33,718 bases of DNA from Lenisia limosa. Its lineage: Eukaryota; Protista; Breviatea. Under the pieces are notes generated by a model that searched no databases, had not been told where the DNA came from, and saw only the letters and a list, made by a program, of their open reading frames with translations. Positions 1-10,412 of this stretch are shown here, one piece after another; positions within the stretch are counted from its first letter, which is position 1; every line of letters begins with the position of its first letter. The DNA is taken from NCBI GenBank assembly GCA_001655205.1, contig LPNZ01008983.1:1-33718 (forward strand), read 5' to 3'. Both the position numbers and the translations under genes were made by a program.

Positions 1-335
1 CATAATGGGGTATGGGGGTATGGGGTCAGGGGTGAAATATACATAGTTTTTTTTAAAATTTTCCCTTTTGTTGGTAAATAAATAGATGTGTGATAGGGAA
101 ATTAGCCTTGAATGGTAAAACTATTATTTAATTTTGCTGAAATCCAAGATTTGATGATTCATATGAGGAAGCCACCAGTTAGTTGGATTTTTTTGTTTGT
201 TTGTTTGTTAATAAGTTATTATAGGAATTTTTGACCACAAAGATATAATGGGGTATGGGGGTATGGGGGGTGAGCCAAATATACACATAATATATACATG
301 ACGGCTCCATGAGGTATGGGGTCAAGGGTCAAAAC
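1..335 (+). repeat. Three spaced, imperfect copies of a G-rich element (GGGGTATGGGGGTATGGGG..) inside an intron of gene 1
   Basis: Copies at about 1-46, 244-288 and 312-345. The two fuller copies share ATAATGGGGTATGGGGGTATGGGG and all three are followed by an AT-rich tail. Confidence 0.85.
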
Positions 336-2780
336 TTATATATAGTATATATTATGCATATATATTTGAAGACCACCCATACCGAGGGTGTACTGAGTTG
401 AGGGGATCAGGTCAGTGAACAAATATGTTCCACTGCCTTTCTGCCTATGTTGAACTCCGCCGGTGTTGTTGATGACATTGTATGTCATTTCACTGTTGCC
501 GAACCACATCATCATTGCAGTAGTTCCACTTTTGGACATGAGAGACATGAGTGGTGGGTCCGGTTGCTTGCAAGATCCATCCAAGCCAACACAATCCGAA
601 TCGGCACACAGAACACATTCCGTCAAAGAAGAGCAGATATCAACGTTAGGAACATCCGAGCAGGTTTGAAGCGGGTACGAGATTGGGGCAATGGTGACAT
701 AATCGTCACCCATGAGAGTGATATTGACGTAGGCGTGTTGTACAGTGACGGTTTGGACCTTGACGAACTCCAAGTCAATTTTCCCTGCGGGATTAGACAC
801 AGATGTGAAAATTCGACGTAAACATGTCCTTCAGTTGTATCAAACAAGACATAATTTTTANNNNNNNNNNNNNNNNNNNNNNNNNNNNNNNNNNNNNNNN
901 NNNNNNNNNNNNNNNNNNNNNAGTGCTAATAAGAGCGTCACCTGAAGCCAAAATATCTGAGCCAACAGACACAGTGGCAAATAAAGCAATAAGTTGACCT
1001 CTTGGTGTCCATGTGATTTGGTGGTGCGTGAAGGCGAGGGCTGTCACAATAGGGTCGAATGTGAATGCTGAACAGTGATTAGGATGATAGAGACGTTCCT
1101 ATGAAAAGTCAGGTAAAATATCGATAGTTTTCGAGGATTTATGGAGAAATTTAGTCTTTATTTCAATCGAAGTGAAACCCTAGTAATATGCCCTTTTGAA
1201 ACATAATATTCTTACGTTTGCATTCATAGACACCATCGTAAAGGAAGTCACATTCACACCTCCCAGTTGTGGGGTCGCATTGGCCTCCAGGTGTGCACAT
1301 CTTGAAGAATTAATATGACATATAGCATACTATAGCATAATACATCATATAGCTAGTAGATACAGTATATCGATATCATATATCGATATAGTATATTTAT
1401 GATATAATTACATACATAGTACATATCATATAGTATATCATATGTAGTGTACATGCAATAGCAAATACATTAAGAAAACTCGTGTATGGTTTCTGGTATT
1501 ATCAAAAAAAAAACTCGAGATCCTGAAAATTTTCGTAATTTTTCANNNNNNNNNNNNNNNNNNNNNNNNNNNNNNNNNNNNNNNNNNNNNNNNNNNNNNN
1601 NNNNNNNNNNNNNNNNNNNNNNNNNNNNNNNNNNNNNNNNNNNNNNNNNNNNNNNNNNNNNNNNNNNNNNNNNNNNNNNNNNNNNNNNNNNNTGAATCCT
1701 ACGGTTTTTTTATACCTGTCTTTTGGAACAGAAAGTGAAGTTTTGATAAAAATTGGTTTTAAGATTAATTGAAAACAGAACTTTTCTGACCAAAAATAAA
1801 GCCTACTTGTCCCCAGTAAGGACCAACGAATATAAGAGGCAATGCACTGAAAAGGAAATGACCCCCCACCAACCGAACAGTTGTAAGGAAGGTCACAACT
1901 TGAATGACTGCCTAAGATGAACTGTCCATCAGCCTCCGTATTGGTCAGGCAGGTTCTATACTGTCAAAATAACCCATGCTTGACCATGTTAAAGCTTGCA
2001 GAACGCCATAAGGACAATAACAACGAGATTTCTTCCCCACTTGAACTGTTTTTCGATTCCAGCTTGCTAAATATTATGGTTTTGTGTAACGTCCTTCTCA
2101 AATCATCCATCAAACCTTGTATCTCTGGAGAACTGGCAGTTGACATTGTCAACACAGGACTTGCAAGAAGGCTCGGAATGGCACTCGGCTAGGAGATGAT
2201 GGGTGGTGAATGAAGAAATGAGAATGCCAATCATTAAAAAATCCAAGTGCATTCTGCACAAAGATACAGAACCAATCCCACCGAGACACTCAGCAGGGGT
2301 AGAGGTATGATCGGTCATGTTTGAAGCAACAATGGCCGAAGGAGCATAACAGCCAGTCTCGAAAAACTTGCAGCCAACTGCCGTGCAGGCTTCGCACAAT
2401 CCCAACGACTACAGAAATGACATATTGGGCTGGGAAGATGACAAGAACATCCGCAAACCCAGGCAAACTGGGCAGTTCAACGCATCTTCACATGAGCTAT
2501 GGTTGGTGGCAACAGGGTATTCAGCTGACAGACTGCTGATGGCTACACACTCCTTGCCGGATGGCTCAAAGCCGCAGCCGGCTTCGGAAACGCAGTTGAA
2601 GCACGTGGTTCCATCACAGGTTTGTGCTTGAGAAGGTGAAGAGTGACATGAGAGTCATACTTAGTATGAAAATGAGACCCCAGTGAAATCAATCTTTACC
2701 CGCTCACCGGTTATAGGTCTAATGATGAATAACAAGCAGAAAACTGCAAGGAAAGCTTGAAGTACGCCTTGCGGATACAT
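1..2780 (-). CDS. Secreted or cell-surface protein with PSI-like Cys-rich repeats, an EGF-like module and FN3 domains; multi-exon, runs off the left edge
   Basis: ATG at 2780 gives the signal peptide MYPQGVLQAFLAVFCLLFIIRPIT. Spliced exons give Cys repeats TCDGTTCFNCVSEAGCGF..C..HSSCEDALNC and ECHSEPSCKSCVDNVNCQF..TC..HSSCDLPYNC. An EGF-like exon near 1215-1300 reads CTPGGQCDPTTGRCECDFLYDGVYEC. An FN3-like segment near 383-570 reads PDPP..TTAMMMW..YLFTDLIPSTQYTL. The last visible donor is near 382 and the following intron runs to the window edge. Confidence 0.8.
1319..1470. repeat. Degenerate AT-rich (ATATC/ATAGT-type) low-complexity intronic tract; related tracts at about 5881-5945, 12385-12420, 15135-15185 and 15961-16045
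   Basis: Direct reading; for example CATATCATATAGTATATCAT (1422-1441) versus CATATCATATGTAGTATATCAT (15148-15169). Confidence 0.7.
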
Positions 2781-3030
2781 TTTTCTATTCGAGTCAAAAC
2801 AATTCTCTCTAAAACAAGTATTTGAATCTCAAAGAATCTCGGAATCAGCTCAAAATTATTAATAAAGCATCGCTGATCGGAAAAGGGGCTTTTTTGAGAA
2901 ACTACAGAAATAGCTTTGTGGCGTCAGCGTTGGCGCCACCTCTTTGCGTTAAATCTATGATTCTCACTGTCACGTGTCACCTAGAGATAAAATTTTAAAA
3001 TACGTAGATACAAGGAAATTTATTTCAAGA
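2781..3030. promoter_or_regulatory. 250-bp divergent (putative bidirectional) promoter between gene 1 and the amidase
   Basis: Start codons at 2780 (-) and 3031 (+) face away from each other. The interval contains an inverted repeat at 2918-2939 and CACGTG at 2971-2976. Confidence 0.6.
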
Positions 3031-5682
3031 ATGGGGATGTTGTCATTAGTCATCCTCTTCCAGCTTGCCTTTGTCCTCTGCGCCTTCGCTTCTGATCTCC
3101 CAGCACAAAAACAAGGTAATTGAGACTGCTAAGGCTACTTTCGTCTTCTTTTATTCTGTGGCCGCAGGCTTCCACCCTTACTATTCAGCCTACAATGAAG
3201 CCTACCAGTTCGTTGAGACCACTCGTCTCCATGACAAGCCCCCTGCTTTTGGCGAGGGTTTGAGGTTGGTGGTGGCATGTTCTAGAACCTTCAACCAATT
3301 GAATCTGGAGTTTTGCACATTTGCCTTTTGATGGATTAGAATGGCCGTTTTCCAGCCCACCAGCGGACCAGTCGGCACCTTCGAAGCCAAGGACTTCTTC
3401 ATTGAACAGTGGGAGATACTGCAGCAAGAGAATCTCGCAACATTATTGACCTCTCATACCACAACAGACTCAAGAACGCCATGACCAGTGCACATGCTGC
3501 TGGCGCGCAGTTCATTGTCACCCCTGAGTTGTACCTAACTGGCTACTCCATGAAACCTGAGGTTTGGAACGTGACGTACCTCTCATCCTCCTCTTCTTCC
3601 TCATTCACAATATTTTAGGTTGACTTCAAAATATACATATGATATAGCTACTATATGTTATAAAACAGCTCTTTTCACAGTTCGTATCATATTGCTTTGA
3701 TTTTGTTGGTCTGGTGACCTTGGTGGTTTCATTGCCATTTCTCGTAATTTATATATATCCGAGCCTTTTGACGGTTTTAGACAGCCCACAAGATGGCTGA
3801 CGAAGTTGGTAACAGCATCTACCTTCAGAAGGTGTCTGAGATGGCTAAATTGTTCCGTTGGAGGGTTTCATATCACCACTTGATATACTAATACACTACA
3901 AAAGCAGTTATATTCAATATCTTTTGGTGACCTTTTATCGTTGCACGGCTGTCGATCTAAAGGCATTAGATATGGGTGTTGCGCTTGCCTACCCTGAGTT
4001 AGCCCATACCGAGAACGGAATTGAGTATTTTGACGCCATCACTGTCTTCAACCAGGTCAGTCAAATGGCTGGGTTTTCTTGCATTATTGGTTTTGTTTAT
4101 ATAAATTACTGTCTGCTCTTCTCTATAGTCATGTATATACTATGTTGTGTTTCTACAAAACAACACCAGAAATGTTTATTCCTTTAGACTGGACACGTGG
4201 CCTATACCTACCGTAAGACCCACCTCTATGGACAAGCTGAGAGAGACCTGTGAGTGGCATCATTTTTGTAGCCAATATGAAGAAAATTTTGAAAAATAAT
4301 TCGTTTATTACCATCCTTTACCAGTAGCAAAGATGACCATTTCAGTTTCTCTGCTGGAGATGAGTTCTTTGTCACCAAAATCAACGGTAGGTTTCGAGGT
4401 TAAAGAGCCTTGGATATTGAATCCTTTCCACTTTGCGTAGATTCTCGCGTTTCCTCTCTTGTTTTTAAACATTAAGTCACCAAAGAGAATGCCGCCTGTA
4501 ATTGTTTAGGTGTTGGTGTTGGCGCTCTCAACTGCTACGAAGCCGGTATGGGTCGCTGTGTTTATTGTTGATTTGTGACATTGCTGACTCCCCAGAATTC
4601 CCTGAGATTTCAAGAATTCTCGCCCTCAAGGGTGCCCAAGTTGTATGGGGGTGGCTACTTGGTTATTTATGAGTACATTTTTCAAACCCCTTTGGGCTAG
4701 TGACAAGCCTTTGACTTTGACATGATCATCAGCTCATTGCCCCTACTGCTGCTGACCGCTTCTATCGCCGCCGTAACGGTGAAATGTCTCAAGGTTTGCC
4801 AACTTGCTTTCCTGGGGCTGTGTCTGTTGAGTTTCTTGACGGTTTGTGCCATCTTTCTCGGAATATTCATTACCACCTTATCCTACTGGTTATAAGAGTT
4901 TCGATAAACATATCAATATTCTCCTGGTCTTTTAATTATCAATGAAGCACGCCTGAATAATTCTGTAGTTGCCTACCCTGATGTTTCCGACACCCACTGC
5001 GCGCTGAGAGCCTATGAGAACCGTGCTTTCTTCGCCTACATCAATCGTTCCGGACGCGAGGTGTGTGGGTGAATATGGCAACAGACAGGTGATAATTTTC
5101 AAACATATCTCAGCGTTTATGATTGTCCAATGCTGTGCATTTTTTCTTGTAAGTACTCACAGATTTAGGTCATGGGAGGCAGCGAGTGGATCTACCAAGG
5201 TAACTCTATTATTAACTCCCCCCTCGGTAGGTTGGTTTTCTTGTATCTATTGCTTTATTTCATTCAAAAGAAGAAGAAAAAAATTGGAACTATTGATTAT
5301 TCCTTTTTTTTGAAACCATATATTGGATTTTGCCTTCATAAATTGTCCAATTCTACCCCCCCCCCCCTCATGTGCGACNNNNNNNNNNNNNNNNNNNNNN
5401 NNNNNNNNNNNNNNNNNNNNNNNNNNNNNNNNNNNNNNNNNNNNNNNNNNNNNNNNNNNNNNNNNNNNNNNNNNNNNNNNNNNNNNCTGGCCTGAGCCGT
5501 CCCTTCTTATCGCCGGTAAGACCTGTGCTGCACAATGCTTTTCATTGTCTGTCCACTCCACCCTTCACCCTTCAGATCTTGTTCCTCAGGACTGGGGAAT
5601 CAGCCACCCCGAAGAGCCCGTTTACAACTACCTCCACGACCGTCGCCCCGAGCTTTACTCCATCCTCACTGAGGAGCTCTAA
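3031..5682 (+). CDS. Nitrilase-superfamily carbon-nitrogen hydrolase (amidase) with an N-terminal signal peptide; about 14 exons
   Basis: Spliced translation: MGMLSLVILFQLAFVLCAFA..RMAVFQ..AGAQFIVTPELYLTGY (catalytic Glu)..YRKTHLYG (Lys)..GALNCYEAEFPEISRILALKGAQVLIAPTA (Cys)..RAYENRAFFAYINRSG..YQGNSII..YLHDRRPELYSILTEEL*. Stop TAA at 5680-5682. One exon is partly inside the gap at 5379-5486. Confidence 0.93.
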
Positions 5683-5707
5683 TGTGTCTTAAGCAGATTG
5701 AACCTTC

Positions 5708-8700
5708 TTATAGACATATTAAATACAATTCTAGCTTAGAGTCTTGTGACAGTCGGGGGTTTTCTTCTCACACCGGAGGCGGCTGAGGTTGCCTCCCGGG
5801 TATGCAGACGAGACATTTCTTGGGCCGCCTGCGTCATTAACACTCCTGGATTACAGTGTGTAAATTCGACAAGAGATAGGATACATATGATAAGATATGA
5901 TATGATATTATTGTACTATTATTTCATCATATGATACTACTATGTGTGTGAAATAATTATTGGTGCCCAACCTATCCCCAAAGAAGACCTTCAGCATTAC
6001 CTTGGTTTGCGAGGCGTAGATGTTTCGCTGCGTTTTGAGGGTTCTGCTGAGCGCCTGGATTTGGTCGGATAATTGCACACGTTCAACCTGAAAAATCATT
6101 ACAAACACAAAACCAAAGTCTTTGATCCTCACGTACGGCGTGCGAGGAAGACTGTTCCTTCAACGCCCATTGTGACGCCTTGCATTGTAGCCTCGCTTTA
6201 TGAACCTACATAATTAGAGCAAGGCCAGAAAAAAATCCATTATTCGTGCTTATGAAGTGCTGAGAACGTTTGAGAGTCAAATTAGCCAACCTTGTCCGGT
6301 AGTTTAGCAAGCTGATTTGAAGCTTCATCGAGGGCGGATCTGTGGAATTAGTGTTTCCTCCCTTGCTCCAGTATGAAAGTGCCAATGTAGACCAATTTAC
6401 AGCATATCAAGATCAAATGCTTCTTCCCCATATCATATGTGTTACAAACGTTTCCTAATACTGTTTGCTGAGCAATAACCCCCCACTTGGTCTTATGCAG
6501 CTCCCCCTCCAGGTCAGATGCTCTGCACGTGGTTGTGGCCAATTGCGCCGATACCGCCTCAAGTTCCCTCCGGAGGGTCTGCGCTTCCGACGATGCGGCG
6601 GCCTGAGTGGGGAGGGTAAGATGGATGATGGGGGTCTCTTGTTTCAGTCGTTTTCTGCTGTTGCTTGTTGCAGGTTTTATTGTACAGTTACTTCCGGATC
6701 ATTATGATCCTAGTTTCAATAGAGACTCTTATCTCAGCACACGGTTCAGAACCCACCATTTGCGAAGACCCGGCAGACGCCTGAGCCTGAGCATTGCGCT
6801 CACTGAGTACACTCGCCTTCTGTGCCTCCTCCAATTGATGTGCCGTGTGCACCTACAGGGAATTACTATGGTAAAAACTGAGTTGAGAGTAGCAACGAAA
6901 AAAAAAAAATCTGGCCGAAGCCGTCCACGCCATCACGCTATAAGAGATCATACTATTACACAAAGCTGTCCACGGGTTATTGAGCTGACTATGCTTCATT
7001 ATAAACTTGATTTGTTATTATTACTCCTTTACTCCAGCCCACAAGTTTTTCCTGAATAACTCTGGTCTCAGCATTCGCTTTCCTTGCTTCCTGGCTGCTT
7101 TCCTGGTGCTTAGTTAAAAAAAAGGAACACGGCATGTGAAATTGAAAAATGGAAAAGAAGCTGGAAGCTCATGTAGTTGTGACAGCTGACTCAGCCCCCC
7201 TCCCCCCCTCCCTTACTACAATTAATATTTGACCCAATTCCCACCATTTGTGACTTGTGTTCCTTGTCCAAGTCAACTGTAATAGCTGAAAGCGCCTCTG
7301 CAATCTTTCGACGGTGCTGTGTGGGGTTACAGGAAAAAAAAATTCTAAGGGTACCATGATAAATATTTTTTACAATAAAGGAGGAAAATAAAAGTAGGGT
7401 TCAAGAATTATAATCTGAAAATTGAACATTGATTCCCAGAGCATCCCTCAAACAGCTGCCTCATTCCGCTGGGCGGCTTCTGCAGCACCCCTTTGCTGCA
7501 GTAACTTGTGCTTTTCAGAAACCTGGGAAGTAAATCAAGCTTTACTGCTACAAAAACAAAAATAAAAACCGATATCTAACAATCCAGACCGATAATTTAA
7601 CCCAAACATTTCACGAACCATTTGCTTGCGCTCAGTGCTGAAAAAGGCGGTGTTGCTTGATAAACGAGTCTGATGATAAGATGTGTTATTTACAATATGG
7701 AAATATCTGCTGTCATATGAATTATGAGCTGACTTATACATTTATTTTGGTATCTAAAATAATTCAATGGAGTGTTGTTCAACATACTTTGAGGCTGCTG
7801 TTGTGGTTGCTCAATACCGACTCGGCAGCCTGACTTAAGCGGAGAGAGGAAGCGGTTTGTGCGATTTCCTTTAAGGTGAACAGAATATAGCGCTACCAAA
7901 AACACGCTTAATGAAAGGTAACCGATCACAATACCATAACCCAGGTTATAGCGCTAAACGTAAAAACGGCCACCAACATCTTCAAGTTCCTGCATGCGTG
8001 CGTCAATAGAGTGGGCAGACTCCTCCGACTTCTTCACCATGTGTGACTTTTCAGTCTCCCATGTCTGCAAAAATGAGTGAAACTTGGGAATTTTCCCCAA
8101 GCTTCATGGCCTATTTCAGACCAAGTCTTAACTTGTGTGGACACAAGGAAAAGTCTGTCAATACTTATCAATAAATCCTTGACCAGGAAAATGACTTGCC
8201 CGCTCACCTCCGAGGCCGCCCGGAAACGCTGTCGGTCCATTGCAACAGATTCGAGGACCATTCGCTGAACGGTTGAGATGGAAGAATAAGCAGTTAATGA
8301 AGACTGTAAGAAGCATTTATTTGGGTAAGCTCAAATGTGTGACATGACACTAATCATATCTATAGAGAGGAAAACACCCGATGGAGCAAGACGACAGTTT
8401 TGCATACCTTTTCCTTGACCAAAGTGGAGACCTGATCTCGGAAGAACTTGGTGGTGGACGCAGCGTACTCCGCTTTTTGCTGCGACTCCTTCTTTGCCTG
8501 CTCAAGGGCAAGTGTCAACTCTAAATATCGTTATTCAGTTGAGGGAGGCTCAAGTAGCTCATCATTTTGTTTTTGAGAAGAGAGTCTATTCTTTACATCA
8601 CTTACCGTTGTTTTTACCCCGTAAAGCTTGAGCAGTTTCATTGAGTTCAGTGATGCGGGCTTCTCTCGAGTCGGCCTCCTGGATTTGTAAAAATACTGGT

Positions 8701-10082
8701 ATAAAGGTTGATATTGTGTAAAAACTGGTCTAATAGTTTACAAAAAAAGACTGCAAACAATCACCAGTATTGTGAGCTGCATCAGAGTTCAAGGCATGGC
8801 AAAACACTCACCATTTGAAGAGTTGAAATAGTGGCGTGTGCAGTAGAAACATTGAGTTTTTGGGCAGCGACAGTTTCATTGTGGACCTTCTGCTGTTCCT
8901 CAAGGAGGGCTACTGACGACTTCTGAATCCGTCAAAATAGGGTGCTACTATTGCAATCACTCTTGAGAGAAACCCTAACAGCATCATAGACTACTGCACT
9001 ACGGTACGGAATTGGGCGGGTGTGTCCCCTCATTGTTCTTTCAAAGATGCTCATAAACCAATAGAGACCCCCCCCCCCCCCNNNNNNNNNNNNNNNNNNN
9101 NNNNNNNNNNNNNNNNNNNNNNNNNNNNNNNNTGCGGAATATTAGAACAGTGCCAAATGGGGGGGTGGGTGGATGTCGTTATTTTACTGATCTTTTCTGG
9201 ACCACAAGGAAGTCTTGCCACCAGGCAAAGCCATGATATGATGTGCAATCTTGATTCGACACGCCCTCACAAGTTCAATAATTTGCAGGGCAGCCTGGGT
9301 TCGTGCGGTCTCTGCCTCAGCCAAACAATCCGAAGTTTCAGATAGCGCCTCCATTGTCTATAGTGTTATCTTAATAAGAACAGAAGGTAGGAATGTCACC
9401 CGCTCACTTCTTTGTGCATTTCTTTCTCATTAATTAAGACCGACTTTGTATCGGCAAATGCCTCACTAAAATATCACAAAGAAACCAAAAACACTGCGAG
9501 AGTAACAGAACAAAAGCTAATCTACAAAAAAGAAGCGGTGGCAATGGCAACACTTATCAAATCAACATTTTGTGATCTCACCCCCTCCCTCATACTCAGT
9601 TGCAATGATTCTGGCATGGCAGGAAGAAATTTCTTGTTTCTGAAGGATTAGTGAATTATTCAAAATGACGTGGGTCAAAAGAACAAAACCCACCATTGAT
9701 TCGATTTGAAGAAGGGCCTCTTCCAAAGTGCCGGGTTTGGGATAGTCTTTCAGAACAGGAGGTAGTAAATCCTCCCTATCCTTCTCAGTTTCCCTATTTT
9801 CTTCCCTATCTCCGCTCTCTTCAACAATTTCCTTCTTCTCTTCAGCATCCTCATCCTTCTTCTCTTCAGCAATTTCCTTCTTCTCTTCAGCACCATTAGC
9901 TGTTGCCTTGTCTTGACTGCTCAGTTCTTCATCCTTCAATCCAACGGCTGGGCTTTGCTCAGGGGAATCGCGAGTATCACTAAGGTCTTCATCTGAAATA
10001 TCTATATTGATATCAACATCAAACTCTGAAGGTTTTTCCTAGAAGGTGGTGAGAAAGGGACCTAAACATCAGAACAAACCAT
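5708..10082 (-). CDS. Uncharacterised protein with an acidic low-complexity N-terminus and a long predicted coiled coil; about 18 exons
   Basis: ATG at 10082 is followed directly by a GTTTGT intron, then MEKPSEFDVDINIDISDEDL..AEEKKEIAEEKKDEDAEEKK. Phase-consistent heptad-like exons follow (EADSREARITELNETAQALRGK, ELTLALEQAKKESQQKAE, AQTLRRELEAVSAQL, QLSDQIQALSRTLK). The last exon is open to TAA at 5708-5710. The region 8990-9250 is unresolved because of a gap. Confidence 0.75.
9825..9892 (-). repeat. Coding tandem repeat giving three AEEKK units
   Basis: CCTTCTTCTCTTCAGCA occurs three times on the + strand; it translates to AEEKKEIAEEKKDEDAEEKKEI on the - strand. Confidence 0.85.
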
Positions 10083-10412
10083 TTTTGAAATTCCTTAAAC
10101 TCAATCCTCAGTTATCCACCAGTTTTCACTTTAACTCACCTTTAACAGCTGCACTTTTTAACAATTTTATAAACTTGTAACCTAATAAACTAAATAACTG
10201 GAGTAACGGAGCCAAAATTGGAGCCAAAAGGCAGACGCAGATCTAGATCGTTTTTCATCACTGGTTCAACCCTGTACCCTCCAGAGGCTCCGCAGCGACG
10301 CTTGCGGAGCAACTCAAAGGGGAGATTTTGGGGGGCTCAAGGTGTTCTGAGGTGATTGTTGTAGATTGTTGAAGTCACGGATCGCGGATTGATAGAGATA
10401 GAAGACAGAAAG
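10083..10412. promoter_or_regulatory. 330-bp divergent promoter between the coiled-coil gene and cathepsin C
   Basis: ATGs at 10082 (-) and 10413 (+). Contains GGAGCCAAAA twice (10208-10229), the perfect palindrome GATCTAGATC (10240-10249) and an inverted repeat at 10287-10310. Confidence 0.6.

Noticed and set aside
336-382. C-terminal MGGLQIYMHNIYYI* of the ORF 336..800 as the true gene end
   Set aside because: It follows a G|GTATGG donor mid-FN3 domain, so it is intron read-through and the gene continues beyond the window.
3409-3467. Apparent frameshift in the amidase between MAVFQ.. and ..LKNAMTS
   Set aside because: A 59-nt GTGGGA..ATTGAC..CAG intron resolves it.
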